A stretch of DNA of 64,000 nt, taken from positions 33,294,001-33,358,000 of the forward strand of contig CDPCPM010000013.1 of the NCBI GenBank assembly GCA_976551045.1, given 5' to 3'. The DNA comes from Glaucostegus cemiculus. Its lineage: Eukaryota. Each line of letters opens with the position of its first letter. Within the stretch, counting starts at the first letter, position 1. Made by a program: the position numbers and the translations under genes. Below, piece after piece: positions 1-14,310 of this stretch. The notes below the pieces were generated by a model. The model saw nothing but the letters and a program-made list of their open reading frames with translations, made no database searches and was not told where the DNA came from.

Positions 1-260
1 GAGCCTAGTTTCCAGCTGTCATGAAATAATACCTTGGCTTGATTGTAATAGCTGAAGTACATGTGGTAGATATTTTAGAGAGAGGTATGTTAGGCAATAC
101 CTTGACAGACTGAAAAGGAATACAATTCCATGCTGCGAACAGTCAGAATCCTGCTGCGGTTACGGTGGGTGTATCCCAGAAGGGCCCTGGAGCTTTGAGG
201 CTTGGTTAGGAATGAAATTGAAACAGAATGGATAAATTCAGAGGCAGAAGGTTAAATTGT
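1..260 (-). mobile_element. Highly decayed LINE (CR1/L2-group) ORF2 fragment
   Basis: Minus strand reads KAPGP-(frameshift)-GIHP and later GII-(shift)-HDSWKLG, resembling the KAPGPDGIHP...G.IP.DWK.A motifs that precede the LINE RT domain. Contains stops and frameshifts. Confidence 0.4.
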
Positions 261-3200
261 CCATGAAACATAATGACATGTATACCAATGGTACTGCCAA
301 ATGTCATTTGTGGTAAACAATAGGGCATACATGAATTATGGAAGCTGAAACATCAGATCATTAGCTGAATAACCCATGGAGGTGAGGGAAAATTTTCTCC
401 AGTCTTTCTCTCAGACAATTCAATAAAATAGATGGAGATGGTATTAAGGCAGCTCAAATGCAGTTTGTTGAAAGCATCAGCCTGATAGATTGTAGCGTCA
501 TGCTTTTCACTTCATTGTATTACAATAATATTGCAAATGAAGTTATGCTAATGCCTCTAGCATCAAAGAGAACTGCAGAGAGGGTGGTTCTTCCATCAAC
601 AATGCCAAATATAAATGGCAACCACCAGCAGCTATTTTTATAGACCACTGGCAGAGTCTTCAGAAAGTATTTAGTCCACCCATACAAACCAACAATGCAG
701 CTTTTGTTTTGCGGCTTGTATAAACCTTTCTCCTAGTCAAAGTCAAGAGAAGAGTGACAGCCAGAAAATTAGTTAAACAAGTATCCATGTCCAAACTTGT
801 ACACGTGCAGCTTCTTTCTGTTGTGCTAATACTCTGCAGTTTGCCCTGCAAAGTAAACATGGTAAATTCCAGAGAACAGAACAGGCTGCTTTTATTTGAT
901 CTGATTCTATTCTTATGACTCACGAGCAGATATTGCACAAGAATGCTAACCCATCACTAAGTTTTCGGTTCAGCCCTTGAAAATATTTTACATGAGAAAG
1001 TCCTTTTTATGAATGTTTCCAAATTTATAAAATAAACAGATGAAACCTATGGGGACCTAAGGATACTCGAGACCTGTACCTTCGTGAGCTTTTATGAGCT
1101 GCCATTACATCTCAAGCAAAAAGTAAATGTGGCACTGTTGACACCTGTCTCAGCCATGGATCCTGGTTACTTGATCTCAAAAAACTAAAGCTGCAGTAGG
1201 CTGAGAAAGAAACAGAGACTCCTATCTGGAAAGTGTGAGCTTTCATATGTTCTTTACTTTGAGAGAGCTTTATTGGCACTTTTGTTTTTGAAGGAAGTTA
1301 TATTAAAGAGTACAGAATTAAGAAATTATTTGCATCAAAAAAGCACACTTATGTCAAACAAAAATAGATGATTGACACAATAGGTTTCTAATTCAACAAG
1401 AACAACTTGCATTTTAAGCGTTTTTTAAAAAATATACAGAGAATGTACCAAGAAGCATGGGTTTCTCAAAAAAAATGTCTACTTCAGACTGGCTTAGAAA
1501 TTAATGCAGTATAACATTCTCCAAGACTATAAAATATCAAGAATGAAAATGACCATGGGGCAACTACAATAAATTATGTTTAATATGCATTCAACTTTGA
1601 AAGCACTAAACCACTGTATGATTCTGAACACAAGTCACGTAGAAAATGGCAAAGGAAATTGGGGGATAAAAAACATGGTAGCTTCGAAGAAAAGCACAGA
1701 TCATTAGTTAAAGTGCTCCAACAAATGGATTACAGGGGTACAAAATACAGTGAAGCATTCACCAGCAGAGGGTGGTAGAAGCTTTTCAAAGGCACTTACT
1801 AAAGGAAACTTACATCCACATGATCAACAAATACCAGCAATAGCTTTGTGTGTAAAAGATAGTATTTACTTTTGTGCTGTTAATAAATAGAACACATATT
1901 ACACATTCCGAGCCAGCTAAATATTTTCCTAAAGAAAACAATCATTGCTAATTATTTTATGGACAAACTGTAGTAATTTCTTTTGCAAGATTACTAATTT
2001 CTTATATTGAGTCCCTCTTTCAAATCAATCAAGAAAATGTAAAGAAAAATGAAACTAGTGGAGCTAACCATTAAATGGATACGAGTTGGAAGAAATATAC
2101 TTCCAATATAGAAGATATTCCAAAAAGATTAACGTTGCTATTTTGGCCTTTGAGGTGACTCTGTAAATGCAAGCATTTTCTGTGGCATAGTTAACATGTT
2201 GAACATTGCAGTTGTTAGAAGTGGCAGAAAGGAGTTGTGCTTCAGTAAAAGAATCATTCCTGCCAGTTTCTAGTTTCTCCTTCACTCATGCAGTGCTGTA
2301 CATTGACCAGCTCAGCTGATAACTTATAAAAACTGCCTGGTGAAGGCTGCCAAGTTGTAAAGCCAGTTGAAACTAACATTAAAATGCAGTTGCCTGGAAG
2401 ACAGCCCAGTATTTAACGATGAACAACATTGGTTAACCCTGCATATGCTTCTTAACAATTGCAAAGTAGTCTGGAAATTTTATTGTTTTGTCTATAATAA
2501 ACCCCAGCAAATTCTGACATAAAGCATGAAGAATATAATCACTCAGATTCTTATTAGAAACAAATGTAAATAGAAAATTTAATTTGTCACGTCTCAGTGA
2601 AGATTTCAAATGGTAGCATTCTTGCTGTTTGAAAATTTTAATATATTAAATTGGAATTGATTCTTAGCGAATAAATCTAGGATTAGAATCGTAACAGTGC
2701 TGTGACACAGGGGCACTTTATCCTGAACTAATGCATTAATAGGCATTCAAGGATATACTTTGTCGGCACATTCTGCAAGGCAGTATTGAAGGTTTTGTAA
2801 ACAGGGTATTTATAAGAGCTTTGGAACCAATCATCAAAATATTCAGCTGGATTTGGTTGGATTAAAACTGATGCAGAACAACTGGATCCAAAAGGCAGGG
2901 TTTAGATTTGTTGCCACAGGCTTCAAACTTTCCAACTTAAGTTTCTTAGTTCTAAGGTAATTTTTCACCACTGGCAAGACGATTGTTGATAATATCTGGA
3001 TAAACTTTTAATAGAAAATGGCTAAAAATGAAATGCTATCACCAATTCTTAATTTACAGCTGTTTAATTTCTAACCCAGTCTCATTTTGTTTGGATACAA
3101 AATTCCTGCTTATTTTGTATCGACCACAGGCCTGATTAAATATTAAGATTTAGACTGTACACGATAAATATGCCATTTCACTTGTAAAAACTCTGGTTTG

Positions 3201-6200
3201 TCAGTCTCAATTATGCAACCTTAAATTAGATAATTATTTAAAACACAACTAAAAGCAAGCCCCTGAAAAAGAAAAGTAACTTCAAAGCAGAATATCACGT
3301 AACAAATTTAGTACCGTAAAGGGCAAATTTACTTATACGTTTAGCAACAAAGCTTAATTCTGTAATCAATTCCACTTTTCCTATGTGCCAATAAATTCTG
3401 TATTTATTTTTGAAAAGGTGGATGCACCACTCTGATATGGATCATCATTTAACAGCTCAGTCCCCAGAATTTCTGGACCCAGACATGTGTGAACCCCTCA
3501 TATAAATGCTGTTAGTTGGATCTTGCTGTGGACATGCTGGCTGTCAAATCTGCCTATGTTACATCACTTTCTGCACTTGTAAAGTACATAATTGTCTTTG
3601 AGGCACTTTAGATTGTCCTGACATTACACAGTGCTATGTACATGACCCCTTTTCTTCTGTCAAACTTTCCATTAGACTTTAGAAATCAAAAGGATTCTAG
3701 ACTGCTCACCAGTAAAATGCAATGTACCTTGGAAAAGTTATCATTTGTGTGTAGCTGCTGCCTGCTGCAGAGATTTTGTCTGTTCATGCACATTTGCACA
3801 ATTTTAAATTATTAATGGGAAATGCTGGTTTGAACTCAACATGTGTTAGGAATATGATACACAATGGGGAGCAATAGTTTATGGGAATATGTCATGAGTT
3901 TAGTCTGTAACTCATTCACGCCTGTGGCAGCCTAGTCATTAAGCCCATCATCACTTTCTGCTTTATGTTCCTGTAAATCACATTTCTCACTAGGCATCCC
4001 ATATATAATTAAAGGTAAGGTTTAAATTAAGTCATTATCTGTACAAGTTGACGTAAATGTTACATTCCTCAGCTTCCTAAACAAACAACAGCTCCATGTT
4101 GTTAGCGTAACTAACTTTGTAATCAGTGTTTTGATACAACTTTTAGTTCATTTTCCTGAGTGCTTGTAAGGCTATTCAACTAAGGCTGGAAACTGTACCC
4201 AACGGGTCTTTACCAGATGTTGACACACGCATTTCCTGGCAGGCTAACAATCCAAGAGTAAGGTGCACTAACTGCTTCCCCCCACCCTTCCTCCTCCTAT
4301 TCCAATCTATGAGTGCTCGTATCACTCAGATGTGCTCTCACTGTTGCTCGATCGTCTCAACTATTCTCCATTTGTGTACATTGAATCATATCCATTTTGT
4401 TACCAATTCTCAGTCCATTCAGTCCAAACAAGGATGTTTAGAAATTGAAAAAATCAGTTTTCATTGCTCCCTTTGTAGCTCCTCATGGATAACAAGTTTA
4501 TCTAATTAGTAGCTCAATCATATTGAGGAAGGTACCAACTGAAATTACCAGTCTTTCCTGAGTTAACTATACTCAGCCTGACATCAATAAAGGTGATAGA
4601 ATTGACATGAAATTTTCTAATTTATGGAGCAGGGAATCTCAATCTTTGTTCTGTTTCTTAATTATCGAATATCTCTAGTAAACTCGTGTCTGGATCAAGT
4701 AAGGATCACTCATCTTGGCTGCGAGGTCTTTATTGTGAGTCTTTACTATGACATCCATCACTAAAACTCTTTGATGAATATGGCTACTTGATAAAATTGT
4801 TATCAAATTGTTTCTTAAAATTGTTTCCCAGCAAGGAGTTAAGGTTCCCCAAGAAACAAAGAAATGAAGAAACGGGTGAGAAAAATTTAGTTTTGGTTGG
4901 GTAACAGAAAGGGAAATGGGCAAATAACATTTGAAGCATTAATTTCACCTTATAGGCTACCACATAATTGCTATTAATGATGCTGGAATAAAGATACATG
5001 ATTATTCTGTGGAATTTTCTCTATCCAAGCATCTGGCCAGCGCAGAATTTAAAATATAGATTTTGTGCAATTTAGGTAAAACTTTTGAATGGCAACATTT
5101 TAAATTCTTCCCAAATGTTAATTCCTTCCATTTTTTTCTCCTTCTTTCTTTGTTGATTTAATTTTCTTTTAAATCTAGCTCTACTCAGATAGCAAAATAT
5201 ACCTGAAGTAAAAATAAAAGCTAGCTATTCCTTTGAAGAAATTTTGTTTCCAGCTCTTACAAAAATCCTTCCAGATCTGGTAAAGTTATCTTTAGATTGC
5301 TTCTCCTTGGTTAGATGATTAGTAAGTGAACATTTTGACTACAGGGCTGTTCCTGCTTCATGTCATGTAGAAAGCTGGTATATTAGAATGCTTTTATTTC
5401 TTTTTTAAACAATATGTCTGGGTGAAAGACAGAAGGCTGGATTCCTGACTGAACACTCTTGCCAAGAAGCAGTGCTGACAGAAAATGATGGAAATCAAGG
5501 TCTGTGGTCATCTGTTCAATTCTGAATAGTCCCTACAGGCACCGTTCCTGAGAGTGGATAGTAATGCTCAGATTACAACTAGTCTAAATTTGTATTTTAT
5601 ATATACCTAAATAGAAATATAATTGTGATCCTGAAAATAATATTTCTTTTCATAACTACATCAAAAATAATTAAGAATCAGATAAAAATTGCAAAAATAT
5701 TTTGACAAACTTAAAGCATTTTTTTCCAAAACAGGCTTGACACTTCATTGTTCAAATAAATCTCAATGATCTCCATTTGCAAGGTCTCAAATCAGAATCC
5801 AAACAGATAACGTCTGCATTATTGGAATAAACATACTGTAATTACTGTTGTTAGGAAAGCTTTTTAAACATTTAGCTTAATATTTTTGCTTCTAAAATAG
5901 ATCAATGAACAATAATTCTCTAAGCTTTGCCATTAGTCAACAACATGTTCTTCTAATGTGTTTTCACTTCCAGGCTCAGTTGAAGGTAATTTTAAAAAGA
6001 TGGGCATTACAATTTGAGTTTAATAATCTTGCCCAGTCTTCAAACCGAATCTTCTTTTATTTCCAAACTATAGCTTCTCATAAGGCATAAAACAAAACAA
6101 TCTCATTGTAAGATATGACTGCTTTCTTTCTGACAATTAGACATATCTACATGGCTCATCAGTCACCTCCTTTCAAAACACACAGGCGCTTTGATCAATG

Positions 6201-6827
6201 GCCAACAATGATTTCCTGTGTGTGGTAAAGTGTTTTGAAGAAAGATCAGATAAAAATCACATTTTTTTTCCATTAAGAACTAGAAAGATGATTTGCTTGA
6301 TTTACCAACAAATACAATTTGGGTGAAAAGTGATATTTGAACCAAGGTAGAAACCATGCTGACCCTTTTATCTTCTGAATAAACGTGCAAAGCCAGATTT
6401 ACTGGCATGTAACAAACTTTTAAGCAGCTTTTATGGAGTGATCAAGAGCACATACCTTAACCATAAAGACAATGTGTCACTCCCTCATTGTACTCAAACA
6501 CCTACCAATGTTGAAAAATTATATGCAATAGACCATAAAGACAGGACCTAGAGCTCTTAACAGTCAGATGTGGGAGTACAAGTTCAAATGAAGTTTTCTA
6601 TCTCTGTGGTAGGCAGAGATTTCTTACCCACAAAAATGTAAAAACACGCTAAAAAAGCTATCATGTCACATTTATACTGTGACCTAATTGCTCAAACCAT
6701 TATGAAATGCCACATTGTTGATGTTTTGCATTTAAGATTAGACAGTGCAAGGTTTAGGAAACTTTGTATTGAAGGTCAAAGTGTTCTTCTAGAAAACAGC
6801 TAATGAGCAGAAGGGATAAGAACTTAC

Positions 6828-6916
6828 CTATAAAAGTCTTTATACTGAAGCTTAAGCTCTCCTTCTTTCCCAAAGAAGTGCACCAGCAATGTTGTGTTCA
6901 TTTCTTTGTTAATTTC
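6828..6916 (-). CDS. MICU2: MICU2 internal coding exon (equivalent to human exon 8), 89 nt, phase 0 to 2
   Basis: Acceptor tgtctttgctatag| and donor AG|gtaagt. Translates EINKEMNTTLLVHFFGKEGELKLQYKDFY(R), matching recalled human MICU2 EINTTLQMRFFGKRGQRKLHYKEFRR and MICU3 DTTLLVHFFGKKGKAELNFEDFYR. Confidence 0.92.
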
Positions 6917-9900
6917 CTATAGCAAAGACAGAAACAGATAATTGGCCAGCTTGAATGCAGTGCTCCCAAAAGTTCAAAATGGTCAATTACTATGGACACA
7001 TTGATGCACTTGACAATCAAAAAAAGAACGTTTTGACCACTGAATCTGATACAATTCACACTTACACATATACAGTAAAACTCCCTTAATCTGGCACACA
7101 CACAGTTTTGGTGGTGGTGGAAGATCAATTATTCTGGACTATCAGATATTATTGTATACTCCAATATACTTTTAGTACATATTTTAAAAAAATGTTATGT
7201 AGCAGAATCATAAATTTTCCAGTTTCAAAGGAGTGTGGGAAATAGAACCAGAGAGTGCAGCAAACAGAGCCAGATCATTTTAAAGGGATTGTGGGAATCC
7301 TGACCCTGATGAGTGAGAAGGGAACACAGTACTCGGGGCCCCAGTGAGTGCAAGGGAGCACGGGAACCAGGGATCAATGGGTGGAAGGAAGCATGGGAAC
7401 CAAGGTCCAGGAAGTGGAATGATGGGCTGGAACCAGGACCCTGGAATGTTACAGAGAGCTCGGGAATCAACACATGGTGTGCAAAATGCCGAACCATCGA
7501 GATTTCCAAATGGTGGGATAGCAGATTATCAGAGTTCTATTGTACCTTTATACTGAAACAAGAAATACTCAAAACATTTTTCCAAGTGCAATATCCAAGG
7601 TACGATTCATAATATTTCAGTCAAATATTGAATGGCATTTGCTATCATAGAGTATCACATGGATTATATTCAGGTCAAATTACTTGTATTCAGCTATAAG
7701 TTTGCAACAATCAAATCACAAACTGTTCAAAATAATTCTAAGGTGTTCAAATCAGGCTGTTTATTTCCACAATGGTTATCCTATCAGCTAAATTTTTGAT
7801 GACTAAAAGCAAACAAAAACTCAACCTGTAGCCACAAACTGAATAAAAGTGATTAAACTCCATTTTAAGTTTATAAGTCCCTAGGCTCAAATGATTAATT
7901 TGAAAACTATCTGTTAAAAAGGTCAGATAATGAAAAAATAATTTATAATTTTCTATGCATAAGCAAGTGGCATTCACATTTTCTGTGAAACATTCCACAT
8001 ATTTCAGGATGTTGTATAGCAAAATTCTGGATCTTCATGAAAATTTCTTGTGTATGTTTCATCAAAGTTCCTCAATATTATAAAAACAAATATCCAATAA
8101 AAGAAATATATATAAATGTATTATCATTTATTCTGAACATTTTTTAGGCTACAGATTATATTCAAAATGACAGCCTGAATCTTGCTGGTAAATGTCAGTG
8201 GTTTAGTGCAAGTGTTGCCAAACACTAAAGTCTTGAACTAACTAAACACTGAAAACACAAATCTGTCAGTTCACTCAGCTGCTTGACTCCATCTTGCATT
8301 TATGTTGGCAAAATTTTCTCTCGGATCTACTCCAGATTAGATTTCACAGTGGATTGTATAAATTGTGGATATTATGCAAAGAGAAAGGCAAGTTTAATGG
8401 TTTTAATTATTTCTAAGTGTTTAAGTGTTTTTTTGTTAGCTGTTTTGTTAAAAAAATGTTAATTTTTAATGTTTTAATTATTTAAAAAAATATTTTTCAA
8501 AGCTTTTTAATTATTCACTTTTGAATGCCAGAGACAATTAAGAACTACTAAAAGGCAAAGGTGTTTTTGGGTGTGGGTCACTCCAGTGCAATGTCCTGCT
8601 CTGCTTAGGCCATTCCACAGGAGTCAAGGGTGTTTCAGGCCAGCAAGATAGGCCCTCTGCATTTGGACCTGACGTACAATCAAGTGGTGAGACTACAGGT
8701 GCTGAATCTGGGTGACAAGATCTGACCATGTGATCTGGCCCATTATGAATGCATGCCTTTCTTACCCAAAAATTTCACTTCCTATTGCCAGGATTTCTGA
8801 TTGTTTTTATGCCGTCAACATTTAACATATTTTATAATTTACAATGAGATTTCCCTATGTAAAACATCTCAATGACACTAGCTGCATATGAATCCACGTC
8901 TCATCTCCAGAAATACCATAGAAGATCTATTAATATTTAGAAAATATTTGATTATGTACTAATGTATAATCACTTATAATACAATATCCACAGTTTAAGA
9001 CACGTCAGTCAGACAACAGCACTGCTGGCTGCTGCAGTGCTCCATGGTTACTGAATATGTAGTTAAATATATGCATACACGCATAAACACATTCATAGAG
9101 GAAGGTGTGTGTTTCTATCTGTGTTGGTTCAGCCTTATCTGGTTATGGAATAGTGCTCATCAACAGGATCTGAATCTGTATTAGGTGCCCAAAATGATCA
9201 ATGGAACAAAATTATCAATGCCTATGAAGTAAAACAATCTGACTATAGTACTCTGATAAACTGTTAGGAATGGGAACAAACTTGGAACATTGTTGTATGA
9301 AGTTTTCATGGTAACAGGGAAGTGTTTGTGATTTTGCCTGGCTGTCAATTTCAATGATGCTTTAGAAATGCTGCATGATTAATTACAAAACATTCCTATG
9401 CAATTATGAATGGCATCTGTGTTAACCACATAACACAATGAAAATGTGTCCAGTTTGATTGAAAACACTATCTCTACTGTTTATTCTTTGCCTGCATAGC
9501 ATGTCTAGTCTTAAAAACCAGGGCAGAGGATTTTGAGGCCCTTACCAAGCTAGATCTTTTCCACTTATAACTTCTAAATCAAATGGGAACTGACAGATCA
9601 CCCAGCAGTATTCCGTTAGAACAAATGTTGGTGTTATTGCTCGATTTACATTTTGACCATTTAAAAAAAAACAGATGATGTTCATAGATAAAGGAATTTT
9701 TAAAATACCTCAGCTTATGCAAATATTGTTAATATTTCTAAAATACCAAAAATATATAACAATTATGAAAAGCAGAATCAAATCATTTTTTAAGAATAAA
9801 TGTCACAATTAATAGATGGATGAGCTTTCAACCTCACCATTGTTTCAATTTAGTCCCAAAACTATCTGGCAAAATCACAAAACATTCCTTTTTATCAGAA

Positions 9901-11099
9901 ATGTTACATGCAATTTAAGATAATAAGCTTTAACATTGGAAGAGCATGGAGATGTTAAAGATCACAGCTACTTAATTTATGAATTATGCGTGATTGAAAA
10001 ACAGCACATGCAAAAATATTCAAATTCAATTCAGAGATCACAAAACTAGAAATTCATACTACTCCCAGAGGATTTCCAATTGCGGTTGTGGGACTTGCAA
10101 TGTTTTGTTACGTTATGATCATTTGCAACAGGCTAAATAGATCATCTTGTCTGTCCCAAAAAGGCATTACAACTCCATGTTTCCTCATACCAGAAGCAAA
10201 AATAAAACGGATAGTAAAATAACCCTATGAAATTTGCAAAAGGTCAGAAGAATGGACCTTGAATATTAACTCTGTTTCTCTATGAGTGACCTGATGAATG
10301 ATTCCAATGTTTTCAATTTTTCTCTGCTGAAATTGACATAAATTATTACAAGTGACTAAAGTCCACTCTGCTTAGCCACATAACTAATAAAAATAAAAAT
10401 ATTAAAAAAATCAAACTCAAGCTTCTCTCACAAAACCTAATGTCACTTAAATTTATTCTTGGCTTAGGACCACTGGAGGTTCAGGAAAATAAAGAATATT
10501 ACTTACTATGTCTGGCCAATAATCATGAAACACTGTCCTATTTTAACACCACCTCCAAATTTACACATAATCTATAACATGCATGACTAAATTGCCAATT
10601 TATCACAAAAGAACCCAAAAGCCTAGTTATTAAGGGACAATTTGGCCTTCTGTTTGGAACACAAATTCTATTCGTAAATGGTCTGAATTAACTAAATACT
10701 TGAAATGGAGAGTAGTACAATGGAAAAAACCTTCCTCACTGGAAATACAAAACATTCACTGAGCTTATAATGGATCAGAGCAAACTGTTCTATGACTGCA
10801 ACATTATTATTATTTTTGACAATAATGCTTATCAAAGGTTATTTAAATGCTTATGTTTCAGACCTGGAATTATATACCAAACCTCACTAAGACAATCTCA
10901 ATTCTTTCATAGTGCTTGATAACTCTATTTACCCATACAGTATGAACCATTAACAAATTTAAAGCATATTCAAGAGTTAAACTGGCTAAAAAAGACTGGT
11001 TTGACAAAATAATTAAATAAAATTCAAATTATGTATTTGGAAATTAAATGATATTGCTTTCCACTGAGCAAATGAATGCCTTTCCACTAACACTAAATC

Positions 11100-11175
11100 A
11101 ACCATGATTGAATGGTAAAATAGACTCGATGGGCCAAATGGTCCAATTCTGCTCCTATACCTTATGGTCTTATGG
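11100..11175 (+). mobile_element. CR1-type LINE 3' tail fragment
   Basis: ccatgattgaatgg...ctcgatgggccaaatggtccaattctgctcctataccttatggtcttatgg is the typical CR1 3' end with a short terminal repeat. Confidence 0.75.
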
Positions 11176-11419
11176 GCTACACATTACTCTATCAATAAAT
11201 TTCAGGATTGGACAAACTAGATCAGAGCTTTCCCTGTGTTCTTTTTTATTTTTACTATTCAGATCCCTGGACCATTATCAAGACAAAAGACAATTTACAA
11301 TTTTATTTTATGTGCTTATGTTATGACTGTAACACTCTGTTATAGCCATTTTAAATAAAAATCAAACCAAGCCAATAATAAACTACAATGAATGTCAAAC
11401 AATTTCAAACCACCCAGCA

Positions 11420-13430
11420 TTTAAAGCTGGATGAACAGACTTACAGTAAAATGAATGCTAGGATAATGACGTGCAAATAACTCATGGCCATTAGACGAAG
11501 TTGTCATTATCTTGATTTCAGTGACTCACACAATGTTAACTACACTGTTTGTTGCTATTGTGCGTTACCACAATCCCCAATTTTGCATCTGCCATGAAAT
11601 ATAGCCAGCTAGTTTATCAAAGGTAGCCTGCTCCTCTTAAAGGGGAGATTCAATGCAGGGGAAATCAATCTACAAGTCTTGGAAGCCATGAATGAAGCCT
11701 CTGAGAGCAGGCCCCTTGATTTTCATATGTGCCTAAATAGCTTGATAGGTGGGAGGAGGGTGTATGTGGAAGAAGGGAAACCCTCTAGACATACACTCAA
11801 GTGACAATGGAAGCAAACAGCTGTCAAGTCCCAAGGAAATAGATGTTGTCCTGCAAGACGTTCCATGACCTCACACCAATTTCTGCTCAAGGCTGTGCAC
11901 TGCCTTAACTCTTCAACCAATGATCTCTCTATTAATCAGGGCCCTGATTTAACATTCATTTGCCCTATAACGGTATCACACTTGCCACTATTCCAAATCT
12001 CACAAATTACATACACCATCAGCTACTTCAGCCATGACTGACATATCACCCAAGCACATTGTGCAGAACTCACTAAAATACATCATTTAATCACACCTTA
12101 TAACAAGCTGGGATGATATAAAAATCCATCACGCACTTCCTACCCCCGCTGCTCACCCCACCTTCCCTTACCCTGCAGGGTAGGGTTATGCATAATGATG
12201 TGCAAATAACCCATGCCCATTAGACGAAGTTGTCATTATCTTGATTTCACACAACGTTAACTACACTGTTGCTATTGTGCGTTACCACAATCCCGAATTT
12301 TGCATCTGCCATGAAATATAGCCAGCTAGTTTATCAAAGGTAGCCTGCTCCTCTTAAAGGGGAGATTCAATGTGGGGGAAATCAATCTACAAGTCTTGGA
12401 AGCCATGGATGAAGCCTCCGAGAGCAGGCCCCTTGATTTTCATATGTGCCTAACCCTACCCTGTACCCTTCTCATTTTGGATGATTAGATCGTCCAGCTT
12501 GGTGTCTTACAGATCAGACATTTGGGCTTGCTTTTCCCACTGCTTGGTGGAGGCTGTGGATGGGTGGGTACAAATTTCTGCTTGCTAGATAGCAGCCCAG
12601 CTAAATAAAAACAAAGATGAAAACTTGCTGATGTTTGAACAGAAACCTGCAGCCATCATTTAAGGTGCTGCTCAAGGTCGGATCTCCAGCAATTATTTGG
12701 CACAAGTACCAGGCAGGGGGTAGGGGAAGCCAAAGATCAGCTCTCCAGAGGATAGTGCAACATATAAGTTCTACTTCAGTGGATTCAGATGGGGACCATC
12801 AGTGGAGTATCCTACAGAAGATGGAGTAACCTACAGAAGATGGTTGAATGATATGGGCAGAAAAATGATGCACTTGCAAGTCTGCTGGAGAACAGGCATA
12901 AAATGTCAAGGATCATGGAGAAGTCTTGCTCTAATCTTGCATGGAGCCTGTCTTCTCCTGCAAGGAAGTAGTGCTCAGCACCATTTCAACACTTGCAGAC
13001 CTAGACACCATGCCCTATCTCCATTACAGCACCACCAGAAACCACTGAACATGCTAATGCTCCAGTAGAACAGAAGACATCTACCTGGGACTGATGCTCA
13101 TACTGCTACAAGCATGTTGTTGATATTCAAAAAGGGGGGTATAGGGTGTCTCACGACTCTAGTAATTTGTGTTCTAGCAGTTTACCAGATTACTGAGCTG
13201 CCATCCTGGAGACATGGCTTTGTTACCACATGGCTTGAATAACCTGTCTTCTCCAAGCTACTGTGATCTCCAAAGATGCTCAAGATGGTCTCCAATGGCT
13301 TCCTAAAGCTTTCATTAAAAGTCAGCAGCCTGCCGCCATTCATGCTGCAACCATTGGAGCAGCAATGCATAAGACATAAACTAAGGGAAACAAAAGGGTG
13401 ATTAGTTCCGGTCTGCATGGCCTTGACATG
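11420..13430 (+). mobile_element. Decayed PIF/Harbinger-like DNA transposon remnant (Myb/SANT-like ORF relic); outer boundaries uncertain
   Basis: 11702-11876 reads (R)EQAP*FS...QWKQTAV...PRK*MLSCKTFHDLT across frameshifts, resembling the RERAPRFS...W..IA..V...PRTW.QCRKKFNDLT pattern of Harbinger Myb-like proteins. Two stops are TGA, consistent with CGA decay. Confidence 0.5.
11463..12453 (+). repeat. Direct duplication: 11463-11736 copied at 12192-12453
   Basis: Near-identical by eye. Copy 2 lacks 8 bp and 4 bp, both at microhomologies, and has scattered substitutions, several at CpG. Confidence 0.97.
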
Positions 13431-13502
13431 ATTGGATGCAAATTCAATGGTTTGATATACTTATTTGCTGTTGGCTTTTATTGCCATTGTGGTCAAATTT
13501 GG

Positions 13503-13840
13503 CTAGCACTGTGGTGCAGTTAGTAGTGCCACTGCCTCACAGCTCCAGAGACCTTGGTTCAGTCCTGACTTCGAGTGTTATTTATATGGAGTTTGCACGT
13601 TCTTTGAGTGGATTTCTTCTAGTGCTCTGGTTTTCCCCCACAATCCAAAGAGGTGCAGTTTGGTAGGTTAATTGGCCACTGTAAATTGACCCTAATGTGT
13701 AAGTGAGTGGTAGAATCTGGGCGAAGTTGATGAGAATGTGGGATTAATGTAGAATTAGCATAAATGGGTGGTTGATGGTTGGCGTGGGCTCGGTGGGCCG
13801 CAGGCCCTGTTTCCATGTTGTATCTCTCTGTAACTCAATG
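13503..13840 (+). mobile_element. HE1-type V-SINE, near full length, CR1/HER1-type tail
   Basis: tRNA-like head (tggtgcagttagtag...ggttcagtcc), V-domain (tggagtttgcacgttct...ggttttccccca), tail gggccgcaggccctgtttccatgttgtatctctctgtaactcaatga. Confidence 0.9.
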
Positions 13841-14310
13841 AACCTGTGATGATGAGAAGAAAAGGCAAGATGGAAACTGTAGGTGAACAGGGAATTTGAA
13901 TTGTGTTGATTGAAAGCACAAAAGTGTTTTATACGTTTTATTATGTCTTCTGTCCTGTTCAATAGCCCAGCTCACCTTTCCTCAATTTTCATTATTATGG
14001 ATCTAATTAAAAAATTCATCATCCTTCAAGAGCAATAATACATTTCACTTTTGTGTTCCAGCTGTTTTCTCTGATATTATAGTTACTTATTCTGTTGTGA
14101 TAATTGAACAGTGCTTGGCATTTGATCAGTGCTCAAAGCTGCACTTTATTCTTAATACACCTACATCCAGCCTTGATTGGAGGTTCTGTAACTACTATAT
14201 TTGCATGGAAATAATTCTGATATTGCTAGTAAAGTCCAAAACCAAACTAATTTGGCCAAATTATTCAATTTTTTCCCCTTTTTGCTTTGTTATTTTCCTG
14301 AGAACACAAA

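Noticed and set aside
1-6800. Search for the next MICU2 exon (FMENLQ...) here, and for the previous one (GLISYTEYLF...) in 56240-64000
   Set aside because: Neither was found by eye; both probably lie outside the window.
7230-7510. Repeated ggaaccagg motifs with overlapping ORFs (similar purine-rich tracts at 56980-57620)
   Set aside because: Irregular degenerate repeats, probably internal to old non-autonomous transposons; no constant repeat-spacer period, so not CRISPR-like or coding.
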